In this document: positions 17,282 through 27,166 of the stretch, in pieces | How positions within the stretch are numbered: position 1 is the stretch's first letter | Layout of the letters: every line of letters begins with the position of its first letter | From: Candidatus Poribacteria bacterium | Lineage (GTDB): Bacteria > Poribacteria > WGA-4E > WGA-3G | Reading direction: 5' to 3' | NCBI GenBank assembly: GCA_963665235.2 | Contig: CAXXLX010000001.1 | Location: 1,472,001-1,536,000, forward strand | DNA length: 64,000 bases | Position numbers and translations under genes: made by a program | The notes under the pieces: generated by a model | What the model was told of the DNA's origin: nothing | Seen by the model: the letters and a program-made list of their open reading frames with translations, nothing else | Database searches by the model: none

Positions 17282-18424
17282 ATGAAATGTAGAAAAAAAC
17301 CGCTACGTATCCTTAAGGTTTGCGCGATTCTCCTATTTTGCGGAATGACTGCCGCAATCGCACAGACCCCTGAAAGAATTGCACAAGATGCCAGAGCCGC
17401 CACCGTCCTTTTGGAAATGAAAAAAAATAGAGGCGGAAATCCACAAGGCAGTGGATTCTTCATCGGCAATGGACTAATTGCAACTAACTACCACGTTATC
17501 GAAGGTGCCACAGCAGGCACGGTGAAGTTGGTAAATGCGAAAGAACGGTTTGACATCCAAGGCTACACCGCAATTGATAAGCAACGGGACCTCGCCATCG
17601 TAAGCGTTGCAAACCTTCAGGCACCAAGACTTCCGCTCGGCAACAGTGACACAGTGAGGGTAGGTGAAACTGTCTACACAATAGGCAACCCGCGAGGTTT
17701 AGAGGGCACATTTGCAGCAGGACATATCAGCAACATTCAACGGCGGGAAACCCCGCAAGGCACAGATAAAATGCTCCAAATTACCGCACCGATTTCACCC
17801 GGAAGCAGCGGCGGTGCTGTCCTTAATACCAGCGGTGAAGTCATCGGAATCGCTGTTGAAACCCGAGACGATGGGCAAAACCTCAACTTCGCTATCCCCG
17901 TAAACGTCCTTAAGCAACTGCTTAGAAATATGGGACCCGTAACATCGCTTGCTGCAGATGCCCCATTAATCTCCAAAAATCCCGGACCTAACCTCCTAGG
18001 GCTACTTCTTCTCAGCGCAGTCGCTTTCTGTATCATCAAGTTTATACCAACAGTGAATGCAGAGAATTTGTTAATAACTATAGGGGTTGCAATCGGACTT
18101 GGTGTTATCAAAACCCTTACTATAACTATTATGACACACCCTATAGTGCCTACAATGGCAGCGGAGAGCTTCAAAACGTTTCTCACAGCGAGCCCGCCTG
18201 ATAATTTGATTCATGCATTAGAGGAGTGCAATAACTGCTTTCAGCAACTCCTTTTTTCTATCATAAAAGTCCCCACTTACATTATAGGCATGGCTTTTCT
18301 GCTTGGGATTGCCAATAAAGCTATTCCCGGTTTTAAGCTTGAGGGATTTTTCAATACATTTTTTGTGGCAGCACTCATCGTCGGGGGTGAAGTTGTTTTA
18401 CTTTTGCTGATTCCTTGGTTCTAA
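17282..18424 (+). CDS. trypsin-like serine protease fused to a YvlD/phage-holin-4-like membrane domain
   Basis: GSGF..TNYHV, DLA, PISPGSSGG triad; C-terminal hydrophobic domain with AIPGFKLEGFFNTFFVAALI. Confidence 0.8.
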   Translation: MKCRKKPLRILKVCAILLFCGMTAAIAQTPERIAQDARAATVLLEMKKNRGGNPQGSGFFIGNGLIATNYHVIEGATAGTVKLVNAKERFDIQGYTAIDKQRDLAIVSVANLQAPRLPLGNSDTVRVGETVYTIGNPRGLEGTFAAGHISNIQRRETPQGTDKMLQITAPISPGSSGGAVLNTSGEVIGIAVETRDDGQNLNFAIPVNVLKQLLRNMGPVTSLAADAPLISKNPGPNLLGLLLLSAVAFCIIKFIPTVNAENLLITIGVAIGLGVIKTLTITIMTHPIVPTMAAESFKTFLTASPPDNLIHALEECNNCFQQLLFSIIKVPTYIIGMAFLLGIANKAIPGFKLEGFFNTFFVAALIVGGEVVLLLLIPWF

Positions 18425-18502
18425 ACGCAGTATCTGTAGGTCGGCTCGAACGCAGAGAAATCCGACAAATAACTAGACGCAAACACAAGAGGGAGCGAAC
18501 AC

Positions 18503-19279
18503 ATGCGATTTGGGGTTTGTACCGGTTTACAAAACGTCAACCGGCTCGCGGAGGTCGGATATGACTATATTGAACTAGGCGTGCGAAGCGCGCTTATGCC
18601 AGAAGCAGATGAAACCGAATTTCAGAAAATCAGAGAGCAGGTAGCAGAATCCCCGCTGAAACCTGAAGCGTACGCGGGGTTTATTCCGCGAGACTTACGC
18701 GTCGTAGGCGACGCAGTGGATTTGCCTAGATTGTCCCACTATGTAGAAACCGCATGCCGCCGCGCCAGCAGCCTCGGAGGAAAAATAATCGTCTACGGAA
18801 GCAGCGGCTCCCGTAACGTAGCAGACAACTATCCACACGAACGCGCTCTGGCACAGATTGCCGAATTTCTCGATATGGCCGCCGACCATGCCGAAGCACA
18901 CAGTATCACGATTGTTATTGAACCGATCTGCTGGAAAGAGGGGAATATCCTCCGCACCGTCGCAGATGGACTCGCTATGGCACAACGGGTCAACCGAAAA
19001 GGCATTAAGGCATTAGCCGACCTATACCACGTCTGGCAGGAAGACGAACCGATGCAAAACATTGTTGATGCCGCATCGGTGTTAGCACACGTACATATCG
19101 CTGAACCTGTCAAACGTTCGTACCCCGGCAACGATGATTTCGATTTCACCGACTTTTTCGCAGCACTCCAAGAAGCGGGATACACCGGACGTATCTCCTG
19201 TGAATGCAAATTTGATAACTTCGATGTAGATGTTGAAACCGCCTTGAAAACGATGAAACGCTATAAAAACGGAACTTAA
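18503..19279 (+). CDS. sugar phosphate isomerase/epimerase (AP endonuclease 2 TIM barrel)
   Basis: GYDYIEL, IVIEP, DLYH, HVHIAE, ISCEC. Confidence 0.88.
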   Translation: MRFGVCTGLQNVNRLAEVGYDYIELGVRSALMPEADETEFQKIREQVAESPLKPEAYAGFIPRDLRVVGDAVDLPRLSHYVETACRRASSLGGKIIVYGSSGSRNVADNYPHERALAQIAEFLDMAADHAEAHSITIVIEPICWKEGNILRTVADGLAMAQRVNRKGIKALADLYHVWQEDEPMQNIVDAASVLAHVHIAEPVKRSYPGNDDFDFTDFFAALQEAGYTGRISCECKFDNFDVDVETALKTMKRYKNGT

Positions 19280-19294
19280 CTTTACGCAGCGCAA

Positions 19295-20269
19295 TTGTCG
19301 CATCAACACTCTCGGGAGGTGACGTTTATCCTCACACGTGAACAAGGCAGAGTTATCCGTGCCCGAACCGGCTCTTACGATGTCCAGCACGGTGAACTTG
19401 TCCTACGATGCACACTCCGCGGTACCCTAAAACGGAAAAGACGTTCTGAAACCGGACGCAGGCTTTACGCCGATCCTGTCGCTGTCGGAGACCGGGTTAT
19501 TTTTACCCAGCTCGATGCGGAGGAGGGCGTGGTAGAGGAAATTCTGCCTCGCGAAACCAAATTCTCACGGCAATACGCAGGGAGAGATAAAACCGTTGAA
19601 CAGATTATTGTCGCCAATGCCCATCAAGTCGTAGCTGTGGTTTCAACGCGGATGCCGCCCCTTAACTTTCGGACGCTAGATAGATTTCTGATTCTTGCAG
19701 AAGCGGGGGACATGGCAGCTATTATCTGTCTCAATAAGATAGACCTCGTGGATTCAGCACAGCATGCCCAACTCGCTGCGACCTTCACAACCTATCAGAA
19801 ACTCGGTTATCAGGTTGTCTATACAAGCATCAACGTGCCTGCCAGTGTGGAACATCTCAAGGACGTGCTGAAAGACAAGTTCAGCGTTATCGTTGGGGCA
19901 TCCGGTGTTGGAAAATCGAGTCTTCTGAATGTCATACAACCGGAGCTCGGTTTGCGAACAGGTGAAGTCGGCCAGAAGACACGGAAAGGACGACACACGA
20001 CGACGCATGTTGAACTGTTCACGCTTGACATAGGCGGGGAGGTCGCTGACACCCCCGGCATCCGGGAAGTCGGTTTGTGGGGTGTAGATACAGAAAACCT
20101 GGAATACTATTTTCCGGAAATGGTCCCCTACCTCGGAACTTGCAAGTACAACGATTGCGCGCATGTCAAAGAACCGGATTGTGCAATCCAGCAGGCAATC
20201 GAAACCGGGGAGATACATCCAGAGCGGTATCGGAGTTACGTTGTCCTGAAAACAGGCGACGCGCCGTAG
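19295..20269 (+). CDS. rsgA: ribosome small subunit-dependent GTPase A
   Basis: NKID, GASGVGKSS, GRHTTT, DTPG, C..C.H..EP.C zinc finger. Confidence 0.95.
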   Translation: MSHQHSREVTFILTREQGRVIRARTGSYDVQHGELVLRCTLRGTLKRKRRSETGRRLYADPVAVGDRVIFTQLDAEEGVVEEILPRETKFSRQYAGRDKTVEQIIVANAHQVVAVVSTRMPPLNFRTLDRFLILAEAGDMAAIICLNKIDLVDSAQHAQLAATFTTYQKLGYQVVYTSINVPASVEHLKDVLKDKFSVIVGASGVGKSSLLNVIQPELGLRTGEVGQKTRKGRHTTTHVELFTLDIGGEVADTPGIREVGLWGVDTENLEYYFPEMVPYLGTCKYNDCAHVKEPDCAIQQAIETGEIHPERYRSYVVLKTGDAP

Positions 20270-20312
20270 AGGTTAGCAAATACTATAAAAATTTTACAAA
20301 CCCATTTTTTTC

Positions 20313-20341
20313 TTGACAGAGTTAAGTTTTTTGTGTATAAT
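20313..20341 (+). promoter_or_regulatory. sigma70-type promoter
   Basis: TTGACA-N17-TATAAT, perfect consensus. Confidence 0.8.
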
Positions 20342-20486
20342 AATTAACGTAACATGTTACGCGGAATGTGCGTTTCTTTATCGATGCCCTGGCAAAAAGG
20401 TAAAGCGGGCAAAAATAACAGAAACCGCTCCTTTCGCATCGAACGTAATCAAAAAATTTTTTACATACATGAGGAGGAATTAACTC

Positions 20487-21269
20487 ATGCGGTTTACGAT
20501 TTATCTGTTTATTGCGACACTGTTTTGTGTTGGCGGTATTCTTCCCACACACGCTGCGTTAGAAGACGGCTTAATCCTCTACTTCAACTTTGACAGAGAG
20601 GTTGATGGCACTGTTCTTGATGCTACTGAGGGAAAGAATAACGGAACGCTCCTAAACGCAAGTATTACAACAGACGAAAAGAAAGTTGGACTCGCCTCTC
20701 TGGAAATGTTGGATGAGAATGCCAGCTTAGAGGTTGAATCTTTTCCAGAGTTGGAAGAATATCAGGACAACAGCTTTGTGTTCTGGCTCCACTTCATTCA
20801 GGGACATAACGGTGCTTGGAGCCAAATTTTCGCAAAGAAAGCCCCCGGTTCCGACCGCTCCCCCGGCGTATGGACATGTCCGAATTCTTTGAACATTCAC
20901 TACCGGTTCAATCCCGGAAACCAGGGTTCAGGTTGTGCTGGGCCTGGTGGAGAAAATGAACAGTTTACAACCGGTACATGGCATCACATTGCTGGTGTCA
21001 AAGAGGGTGGCAAATTCCGTTTTTACATCGATGCCGAGCTCGCTGGCGAATATGACGTGCCAGCAGAACATGCCCAAGGTGAAGAGAAGTTATACCTCGG
21101 TAAAACAGGATATAGGTCCGCAACCTTCTACGTTGATGACTTTTTTGTTTTCAACCGAGCCCTCGGTAGCTCTGAAGTAGAAGATATCATGAACGGTTTA
21201 CTTATTTCTGTTGAACCTCGCGATAAGTTGACAACAACTTGGGGAGCTCTCAAAACAACGCGGGATTAA
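20487..21269 (+). CDS. LamG-like jellyroll protein with TTWG motif
   Basis: GLILYFNFD, WHHIAGV, YIDA, DDFFVFNRAL; ends SVEPRDKLTTTWGALK. Confidence 0.9.
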   Translation: MRFTIYLFIATLFCVGGILPTHAALEDGLILYFNFDREVDGTVLDATEGKNNGTLLNASITTDEKKVGLASLEMLDENASLEVESFPELEEYQDNSFVFWLHFIQGHNGAWSQIFAKKAPGSDRSPGVWTCPNSLNIHYRFNPGNQGSGCAGPGGENEQFTTGTWHHIAGVKEGGKFRFYIDAELAGEYDVPAEHAQGEEKLYLGKTGYRSATFYVDDFFVFNRALGSSEVEDIMNGLLISVEPRDKLTTTWGALKTTRD

Positions 21270-21294
21270 CACACAACAGTTCGCATAAACCAAC

Positions 21295-21330
21295 GAGAAG
21301 GGGGAAAAATGTTTTCCCCCTTTCTCTTTA
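21295..21330 (+). terminator. putative intrinsic terminator
   Basis: GAGAAGGGGGAAAA-ATG-TTTTCCCCCTTTCTC hairpin followed by TTT. Confidence 0.6.
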
Positions 21331-21356
21331 GCACTATTCCCTCCGGACGTTCATAT

Positions 21357-22676
21357 ATGTTAGCTTTCCGCCTATTTTTCTGCTGCTGCTTAGCCTTGTG
21401 CATGATTCAGTGGGGAACACCTTCGGTATGGGGTGAAACTGAGGAGGGGTTCAAAGACCCGCTTGCCCTTGGGCGCCGCTATCTACAAATGGAGCAGTAC
21501 GATAAGGCGTTGGCAGCGTTTGACGCTATCCGAAAACAGAACCCGAGTAGCCGTATTTACTGTTATATCGGCATCGTGTTTCAGGAACAGAATAGACTCA
21601 GCGATGCATTGGCAGCATACCAGAACGCACTTAGGTTTCAAGCTCCCCCGCCAATACACGGCAGTGCACACCTGCACCTCGGCATCGTCTATAAGGCACA
21701 AGGAAAATTACGATTTGCTGAGACACATCTTAAAGAAGCTGTTGAACTTACGCCAGAAGCAGCGGAAGCATATATCCACCTCGGAGAGGTTTATCTCCGC
21801 CAACGCCGATTGGACAAAGCAGCGGATGCCTATCGTCAGAGTATTCGATTGAACCCAAATTTTACCGAATCTTATTACGGATTGGGCAGAGTGACAGAGA
21901 TGCAAAACGATTTCGTCTCCGCTATTAACAACTATCGGCTCGCCATTAAGCGAAACCCTTACGACCCGCAACCGCATTACCGACTTGCAATGGCTTTTCG
22001 GCGGACACAGAAACAGAAAGAAGCACAAAACGCCATGGCACAGTTTAAACGGATGAAAACCTATTCTGACACTGTGCATCAGTTTCGGGAGGCGATTTAT
22101 AAGAATCCGAACATGCCGATGTTGTACGTGAAGCTCGGGGAACTGCACGAAAAATTCAGCAACTTTGCTGAGGCACAACGCGTCTATCAGACCGCGATAA
22201 CACTGCATCCCACCTTTGTACCTGCTTATCAGCAGCTCGGCGCAATTCTTATTGAGGAACGGGACCTGGAAAAAGCCGCAGCGGTTTATCATAAGCTAAC
22301 AGAAATCGCACCGAACGATGTTCAAGCCTGGCTGAAATTAGGGGTTATACATATTAACAGAAAACAGTTCAACGCAGCAATTGAGGCGTTCAAAAGTGCT
22401 ATTGCAGCGGATGATACAGCCGCAGAAGCGTATAACAATTTAGCACGGGTTTATGCAGGGCTCGGCACAGAGAAGACGCAAGCCGTTGTGCTCGCCAAGA
22501 GGGCAGTTGAATTATCCGCGATAGCAAAACATTACGATACCCTCGCTTACGCCTACTACCACAACCAGCAATATCCGGAGGCATTAGCAGCGATTAACAA
22601 GGCGGTCACCCTCGCGCCCCATGTAACGGCCTACGGAAGACTTCGCGCGAAAATACAGGAACACATTAAGGAGTGA
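21357..22676 (+). CDS. tetratricopeptide repeat protein
   Basis: Multiple TPR units (AEAYIHLG, AEAYNNLA); signal peptide. Confidence 0.88.
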   Translation: MLAFRLFFCCCLALCMIQWGTPSVWGETEEGFKDPLALGRRYLQMEQYDKALAAFDAIRKQNPSSRIYCYIGIVFQEQNRLSDALAAYQNALRFQAPPPIHGSAHLHLGIVYKAQGKLRFAETHLKEAVELTPEAAEAYIHLGEVYLRQRRLDKAADAYRQSIRLNPNFTESYYGLGRVTEMQNDFVSAINNYRLAIKRNPYDPQPHYRLAMAFRRTQKQKEAQNAMAQFKRMKTYSDTVHQFREAIYKNPNMPMLYVKLGELHEKFSNFAEAQRVYQTAITLHPTFVPAYQQLGAILIEERDLEKAAAVYHKLTEIAPNDVQAWLKLGVIHINRKQFNAAIEAFKSAIAADDTAAEAYNNLARVYAGLGTEKTQAVVLAKRAVELSAIAKHYDTLAYAYYHNQQYPEALAAINKAVTLAPHVTAYGRLRAKIQEHIKE

Positions 22677-22691
22677 CGATAGGATTTTAAC

Positions 22692-23264
22692 ATGGTGTCA
22701 AATAAAGAGATTTATGTGGTCGGTTTAGTCGGTAGCCTCCGTCAAGGCAGCACGACACATGCTGCGCTCTCGCTGGCTCTCGCTGGCGCGGCGGAGGTCG
22801 GCGCGGCGGTAGAATTGCTCTCACTGAACACATATCAACTCATCTTCCACGGGGCCATCGCCGATGAAGCCGATTATCCGCCCGATGTATTCAAACTGCG
22901 GGAGAAGGTGAAACGTGCTGATGGTATCCTGCTCGGAACACCGGAGTATCACGGCAGTTTCAGCGGTGTACTTAAAAATGCGTTAGACCTCATGGGATTT
23001 GACGAATTTGAAAATAAGGTTGTCGGATTAATTGGCGTTTCCGGGGGCAGAATGGGAGCTGGCAGTGCCCTGTCTATGTTGCGGACAGTGGCGACAACGC
23101 TACGTGCATGGGTTGTGCCAAACGACGTATCTATTCCACGTGCCGCCACAGCGTTCGATGAAAACGGCAATTTACACGATGTTGAATTGGCAACGCGGGT
23201 CAAAGCGGTCGGCCGACAGGTCGCCCAATTTGCCCGCCATTGGAATTCAGGTGTAGCAGAATGA
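22692..23264 (+). CDS. NADPH-dependent FMN reductase
   Basis: GSLRQGS, TPEYHGSFSGVLKNALD. Confidence 0.92.
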   Translation: MVSNKEIYVVGLVGSLRQGSTTHAALSLALAGAAEVGAAVELLSLNTYQLIFHGAIADEADYPPDVFKLREKVKRADGILLGTPEYHGSFSGVLKNALDLMGFDEFENKVVGLIGVSGGRMGAGSALSMLRTVATTLRAWVVPNDVSIPRAATAFDENGNLHDVELATRVKAVGRQVAQFARHWNSGVAE

Positions 23265-23947
23265 ACTCAATACATAACTGGCATGCATGGCTCGGCACCG
23301 ATGAAGCAGGAAAAGGCGATTACTTCGGTCCCCTCGTCGTTGCAGGCGTTTACGTAGATGCCCCCTGCCGCGAGGCTTTTGCAGGTTTGGGCATTGTTGA
23401 CAGCAAAGTGCTGTCAAACCGACGCATTAGAGATATGGCAGCGTGGATGCGGAACCATTATGAACGACACATCGTCGTTGTGCAAAAGATGCCGAACGCA
23501 TACAATTCGCTTTACAGCACGCTCCGCGAACAGGGAAAAAATCTGAATACACTGCTGGCAAGCCTCCATGCGGAAGCAATTCAAACGTTGCAAACCCGCC
23601 TCGGGGCAAAGCATGCCCTCGTCGATAGGTTTTCTAAAAATGATCTTCTCACGCCTCAACTGACACAAGGCGAAATAGAGGTGATACAGGTACCGAAGGC
23701 TGAAAGCGACATCGCAGTGGCTGCCGCCTCAATTATTGCACGCGACGTTTTTCTCACAGGTATGGAGAATTTATCTCAAAAATATAGGTTTCGATTGCCG
23801 AGAGGAGCCTATCGGGTTACGGAAGCGGGCAGAGAATTTATCAATATCCACGGACCGGAAGCGTTGGAAGATGTGGCAAAACTCCATTTTAGTTTAACGA
23901 AGACTATCCTCAATCCACAACAATTGCCTCTTTTTAAGGATGTATAG
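23261..23947 (+). CDS. rnhC: ribonuclease HIII (catalytic domain only)
   Basis: GTDEAGKGDYFGPLVV, DSK, VAAASIIAR, AKLHF. Confidence 0.85.
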   Translation: MNSIHNWHAWLGTDEAGKGDYFGPLVVAGVYVDAPCREAFAGLGIVDSKVLSNRRIRDMAAWMRNHYERHIVVVQKMPNAYNSLYSTLREQGKNLNTLLASLHAEAIQTLQTRLGAKHALVDRFSKNDLLTPQLTQGEIEVIQVPKAESDIAVAAASIIARDVFLTGMENLSQKYRFRLPRGAYRVTEAGREFINIHGPEALEDVAKLHFSLTKTILNPQQLPLFKDV

Positions 23948-23949
23948 TC

Positions 23950-25128
23950 ATGCAGCAGCCAGAGAAACTCTTTATCGTTCATTACGCGGAAGTCGGGCTC
24001 AAAGGTAAAAACAGAGGGTTTTTTGAAAAGCAGCTCGCTGACAATATTAAGTTGTCCCTGCAAGGTACAGGATACGCCACAGTAGAGCGACTTCACGATA
24101 GAATTATAGTGAAGCTCCGGCAAGACGCAGACATAGCTGAAATTGAGAAACGGCTGCACCGCGTCATGGGAATTGCACATTTTGAGCTCGCGGCGCGAAC
24201 CGAAAAAGAGATTACAGCCATTAAAGAGATTGCCCTACAGCAAACCGCGGGGCGTACGTTTGAGACACTCAAAGTTGAAACGAAAAGGTCAGATAAAACC
24301 TTTCCGCTAACATCGCCTGAAATTAGTGCACAAGTCGGGGGTTATCTCATAGAAAAAACGGGCGCGCGGGCGGATATGCACACCCCCGATATGCGCTATT
24401 GGATAGAAATCGCACAAAACGCCGCTTATGTCTACACAGAAAAACGTCAAGGTATTGGCGGGCTCCCCGTTGGCGTGAGTGGGAAGGTGTTGGTTATGCT
24501 CTCCGGTGGTATAGATTCGCCTGTCGCCGCTTGGCAGATGATTAAACGCGGCGCGAAGGCGGTTTTTATTCACTTTTATAGCTACCCCTATACCGACAAA
24601 GCCTCGCTGGAGAAGGTCCTGGAGCTTACACATATCTTGTCGGAGCCAAACTATCGGAGCACAGTTTATCTTATTCCATTCGCTGAACTCCAACAAATTA
24701 TCGTGACAGAAACGCCTGCCCCGTTTCGAGTGCTGCTGTATAGACGGATGATGACCCGCATCGCACAACGGGTGGCAGCCCTCGTTGATGCGGAGGCACT
24801 CGTTACAGGCGAAAGTCTTGCACAGGTGGCCTCACAAACCCTCAGCAACCTTCGCGCAATTGAGGCAATTGCGGACATACCGATTCTCCGACCGCTCATC
24901 GGTGACGACAAGGCGGATATCATCGAAAAAGCACAACAGATAGGCACTTTTGAGATTTCTATACAGCCGCATCAGGACTGCTGCTCCCTCTTCGTTCCGA
25001 AACACCCAGCGACTCGCGCCTCACAGGCCGATTTAGACAAAGCGGAGGAGGGCCTAGATATAGAAACCCTTGTAGAATCAGCGATGAACGGTCTTGAAAA
25101 ACAGGTCATCAGCTTTTCTTATGCTTAA
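23950..25128 (+). CDS. thiI: tRNA 4-thiouridine synthase ThiI
   Basis: THUMP region, PP-loop SGGIDSPVA, TGESLAQVASQT, DCC. Confidence 0.95.
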   Translation: MQQPEKLFIVHYAEVGLKGKNRGFFEKQLADNIKLSLQGTGYATVERLHDRIIVKLRQDADIAEIEKRLHRVMGIAHFELAARTEKEITAIKEIALQQTAGRTFETLKVETKRSDKTFPLTSPEISAQVGGYLIEKTGARADMHTPDMRYWIEIAQNAAYVYTEKRQGIGGLPVGVSGKVLVMLSGGIDSPVAAWQMIKRGAKAVFIHFYSYPYTDKASLEKVLELTHILSEPNYRSTVYLIPFAELQQIIVTETPAPFRVLLYRRMMTRIAQRVAALVDAEALVTGESLAQVASQTLSNLRAIEAIADIPILRPLIGDDKADIIEKAQQIGTFEISIQPHQDCCSLFVPKHPATRASQADLDKAEEGLDIETLVESAMNGLEKQVISFSYA

Positions 25129-25142
25129 ACCGGTTCAAAAAA

Positions 25143-26138
25143 ATGGAAAGGATTTTACTCATTCGACTGAGTTCACTTGGGGACATCGTGCTGACAACCC
25201 CGGCAATTCGGGCTGTTCGTGCTCATTTTCCAAACGCGTACATTGCGATGCTGGTTGCTAAGCAATCGGCAGCGGTACTGCATGAAAATCCGCACCTCAA
25301 TGAAATAATCCAATTCGATAGACACGCCAAAGATAAGGATACCGGGGAGATGCTCCGAATTATCCGCACCTTGCGTCAACGGAAATTCGGGCTCACAATT
25401 GACTTTCAACACCGGTTCCGCACAGAGCTGTTAGCGTCCTTTAGCGGTGCCCCCGAACGCGTGGGCAAAAGTATACTCAGCACAATCCGAATCCCCCAGC
25501 ACGATAACAAACATGCCACTGAACGTTATTTTGACCTATTGCATGCCGCCGGCATTCCAGCCCAAAATCAGCAATTGGAGATGTTCCTCGCGAAGTCCGA
25601 AAAAGCGGAAGCCTGCCAGCAGTTTGAAGAAGCAGGCGTTGTAGATGAACGTTTGAAGGTGGGCATGTTCCCAGGCGCAGGATGGAAGCTGCGGGAATGG
25701 ATGCCGGAACGGTTCGCCGCTATCGGAGACAAATTAGTTCAGGATTTTAGTGCACAAGTGCTCATCTTCGGGGGCCCGAAGGAGATTGAACTTGTGAACA
25801 ACGTGGCGAATCTGATGAAAACGCGGGCATTTCCGTTTGCTGGCACACTTCAGATTCGGCAATTAGCGGCGTGTATTGAAAGATGCAATCTTTTTCTGAC
25901 AAACGATACCGGTCCAATGCACATCGCCTCAGCAGTTGGCACACCGACTGTGGCTCTTTTCGGTCCTGGCAATCACATCCGTTTTCAACCGCTCGGTGCC
26001 GCCCACACAACTATCCGCCACGATGTCCCGTGCAGCCCATGTAAACAGTTTACCGATAAATGTCAAAACAATATCTGTATGAAACGAATTACGGTAGATG
26101 AGGTTTGGGAGTCTATTTGTCATGCCCTCACCGGTTAG
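25143..26138 (+). CDS. waaF: LPS heptosyltransferase II-like glycosyltransferase (GT9)
   Basis: IRLSSLGDIV, NDTGPMHIASA.G.PTVALFGP, C-terminal CSPC. Confidence 0.8.
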   Translation: MERILLIRLSSLGDIVLTTPAIRAVRAHFPNAYIAMLVAKQSAAVLHENPHLNEIIQFDRHAKDKDTGEMLRIIRTLRQRKFGLTIDFQHRFRTELLASFSGAPERVGKSILSTIRIPQHDNKHATERYFDLLHAAGIPAQNQQLEMFLAKSEKAEACQQFEEAGVVDERLKVGMFPGAGWKLREWMPERFAAIGDKLVQDFSAQVLIFGGPKEIELVNNVANLMKTRAFPFAGTLQIRQLAACIERCNLFLTNDTGPMHIASAVGTPTVALFGPGNHIRFQPLGAAHTTIRHDVPCSPCKQFTDKCQNNICMKRITVDEVWESICHALTG

Positions 26139-26145
26139 CCACGTT

Positions 26146-27069
26146 TCATGTTTCGGACAAAAAGGCAGTGAACGTCTCTAATTCTTTAGAGACATTATCA
26201 AACAGCTTACGCACCCGCTTTGCATGCTTCGCCGAGCGCTCATAAATCAGTTCATCGCCATAGATATTGTTAACCTTATGTCGGAACTTTAAAAGTCGTC
26301 TTAATCGCCGCTGGGTGACTAGGGAAATTATAGGAGGACGTTCCGGGCGGCGTTCCGCCATTTGTGCAAGCAAATCCTTATGCCATTCAGCACCACTCGG
26401 TGTATGGTTATCCACCTCACGGGCAATCCGCTCGAAAATTTTCTCTATGCCGCTGTAAACTTCAGCCAAATCTGCTGCAAGTGCCCGTTCAATGAATTCC
26501 CGTGCTTCGTCCGGGAGTACATCAATTTTTTCCAACGCTCTCTCAATTCTTTGAACAGTTCTCTCTATTTTTGTGCGTTCATCGGCAATCCGTTGCGTGA
26601 GTTTGTCTCGATGCATTTCGTAAATTTCTCCGGCGGTCGGGTGTATTTCGTTGATAAATTTGAGAATGTCCATCTCCGCACTATCAATCGGAACGGCTTG
26701 ATTCAGCACGCGCCTCCGAAATAGCTCGCTAGTCTCCTCAAAATCTATAATGTCTATTTTAAACCCACCATTCAAACCCTCAGTTCCCCAGAGTGCGTCG
26801 AGGCATTTGTCGTACGAGAGCCCCCAGACGACAATATCTATGTCCGAGTGTTCGGCGAACAGGTGCCGTTCCGTGAGTGACCCGAAGACAGCCACCTTCG
26901 CCGCATCATATTCTTGATAGAGGACAGCAGCGATGCGATGCGCGGCCTCCCAGGCGCGGCGGAGCAATGCCTCATCAACCTGTTGCGTTTCCCAGTGGCG
27001 TTTGAGGTTTTCCCGGCATTCCGCACGCTCGGTTGACGACATTTCGTACGTTAAAGTTATGTCAGGCAT
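26146..27069 (-). CDS. fused minimal nucleotidyltransferase (MNT) and HEPN/HepT-like ribonuclease
   Basis: N-half VFGS...SDID; C-half YSGIEKIF.RIA...WHKDLL...FRHKVNNIY; single frame. Confidence 0.85.
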   Translation of the reverse strand: MPDITLTYEMSSTERAECRENLKRHWETQQVDEALLRRAWEAAHRIAAVLYQEYDAAKVAVFGSLTERHLFAEHSDIDIVVWGLSYDKCLDALWGTEGLNGGFKIDIIDFEETSELFRRRVLNQAVPIDSAEMDILKFINEIHPTAGEIYEMHRDKLTQRIADERTKIERTVQRIERALEKIDVLPDEAREFIERALAADLAEVYSGIEKIFERIAREVDNHTPSGAEWHKDLLAQMAERRPERPPIISLVTQRRLRRLLKFRHKVNNIYGDELIYERSAKHAKRVRKLFDNVSKELETFTAFLSET

Positions 27070-27166
27070 TTTTGAAACTCCCATGCATGGCGTGTGTATC
27101 GCGAGCAAAGCTCGCTCCTACAAAAGAGTGCTGAAAAAAAATAGCAGCCCCGCGTTGTTTTTCCGA

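Noticed and set aside
17990-18424. Prophage lysis module
   Set aside because: The holin-like domain is fused to a protease, with no endolysin, structural or integrase genes around it.
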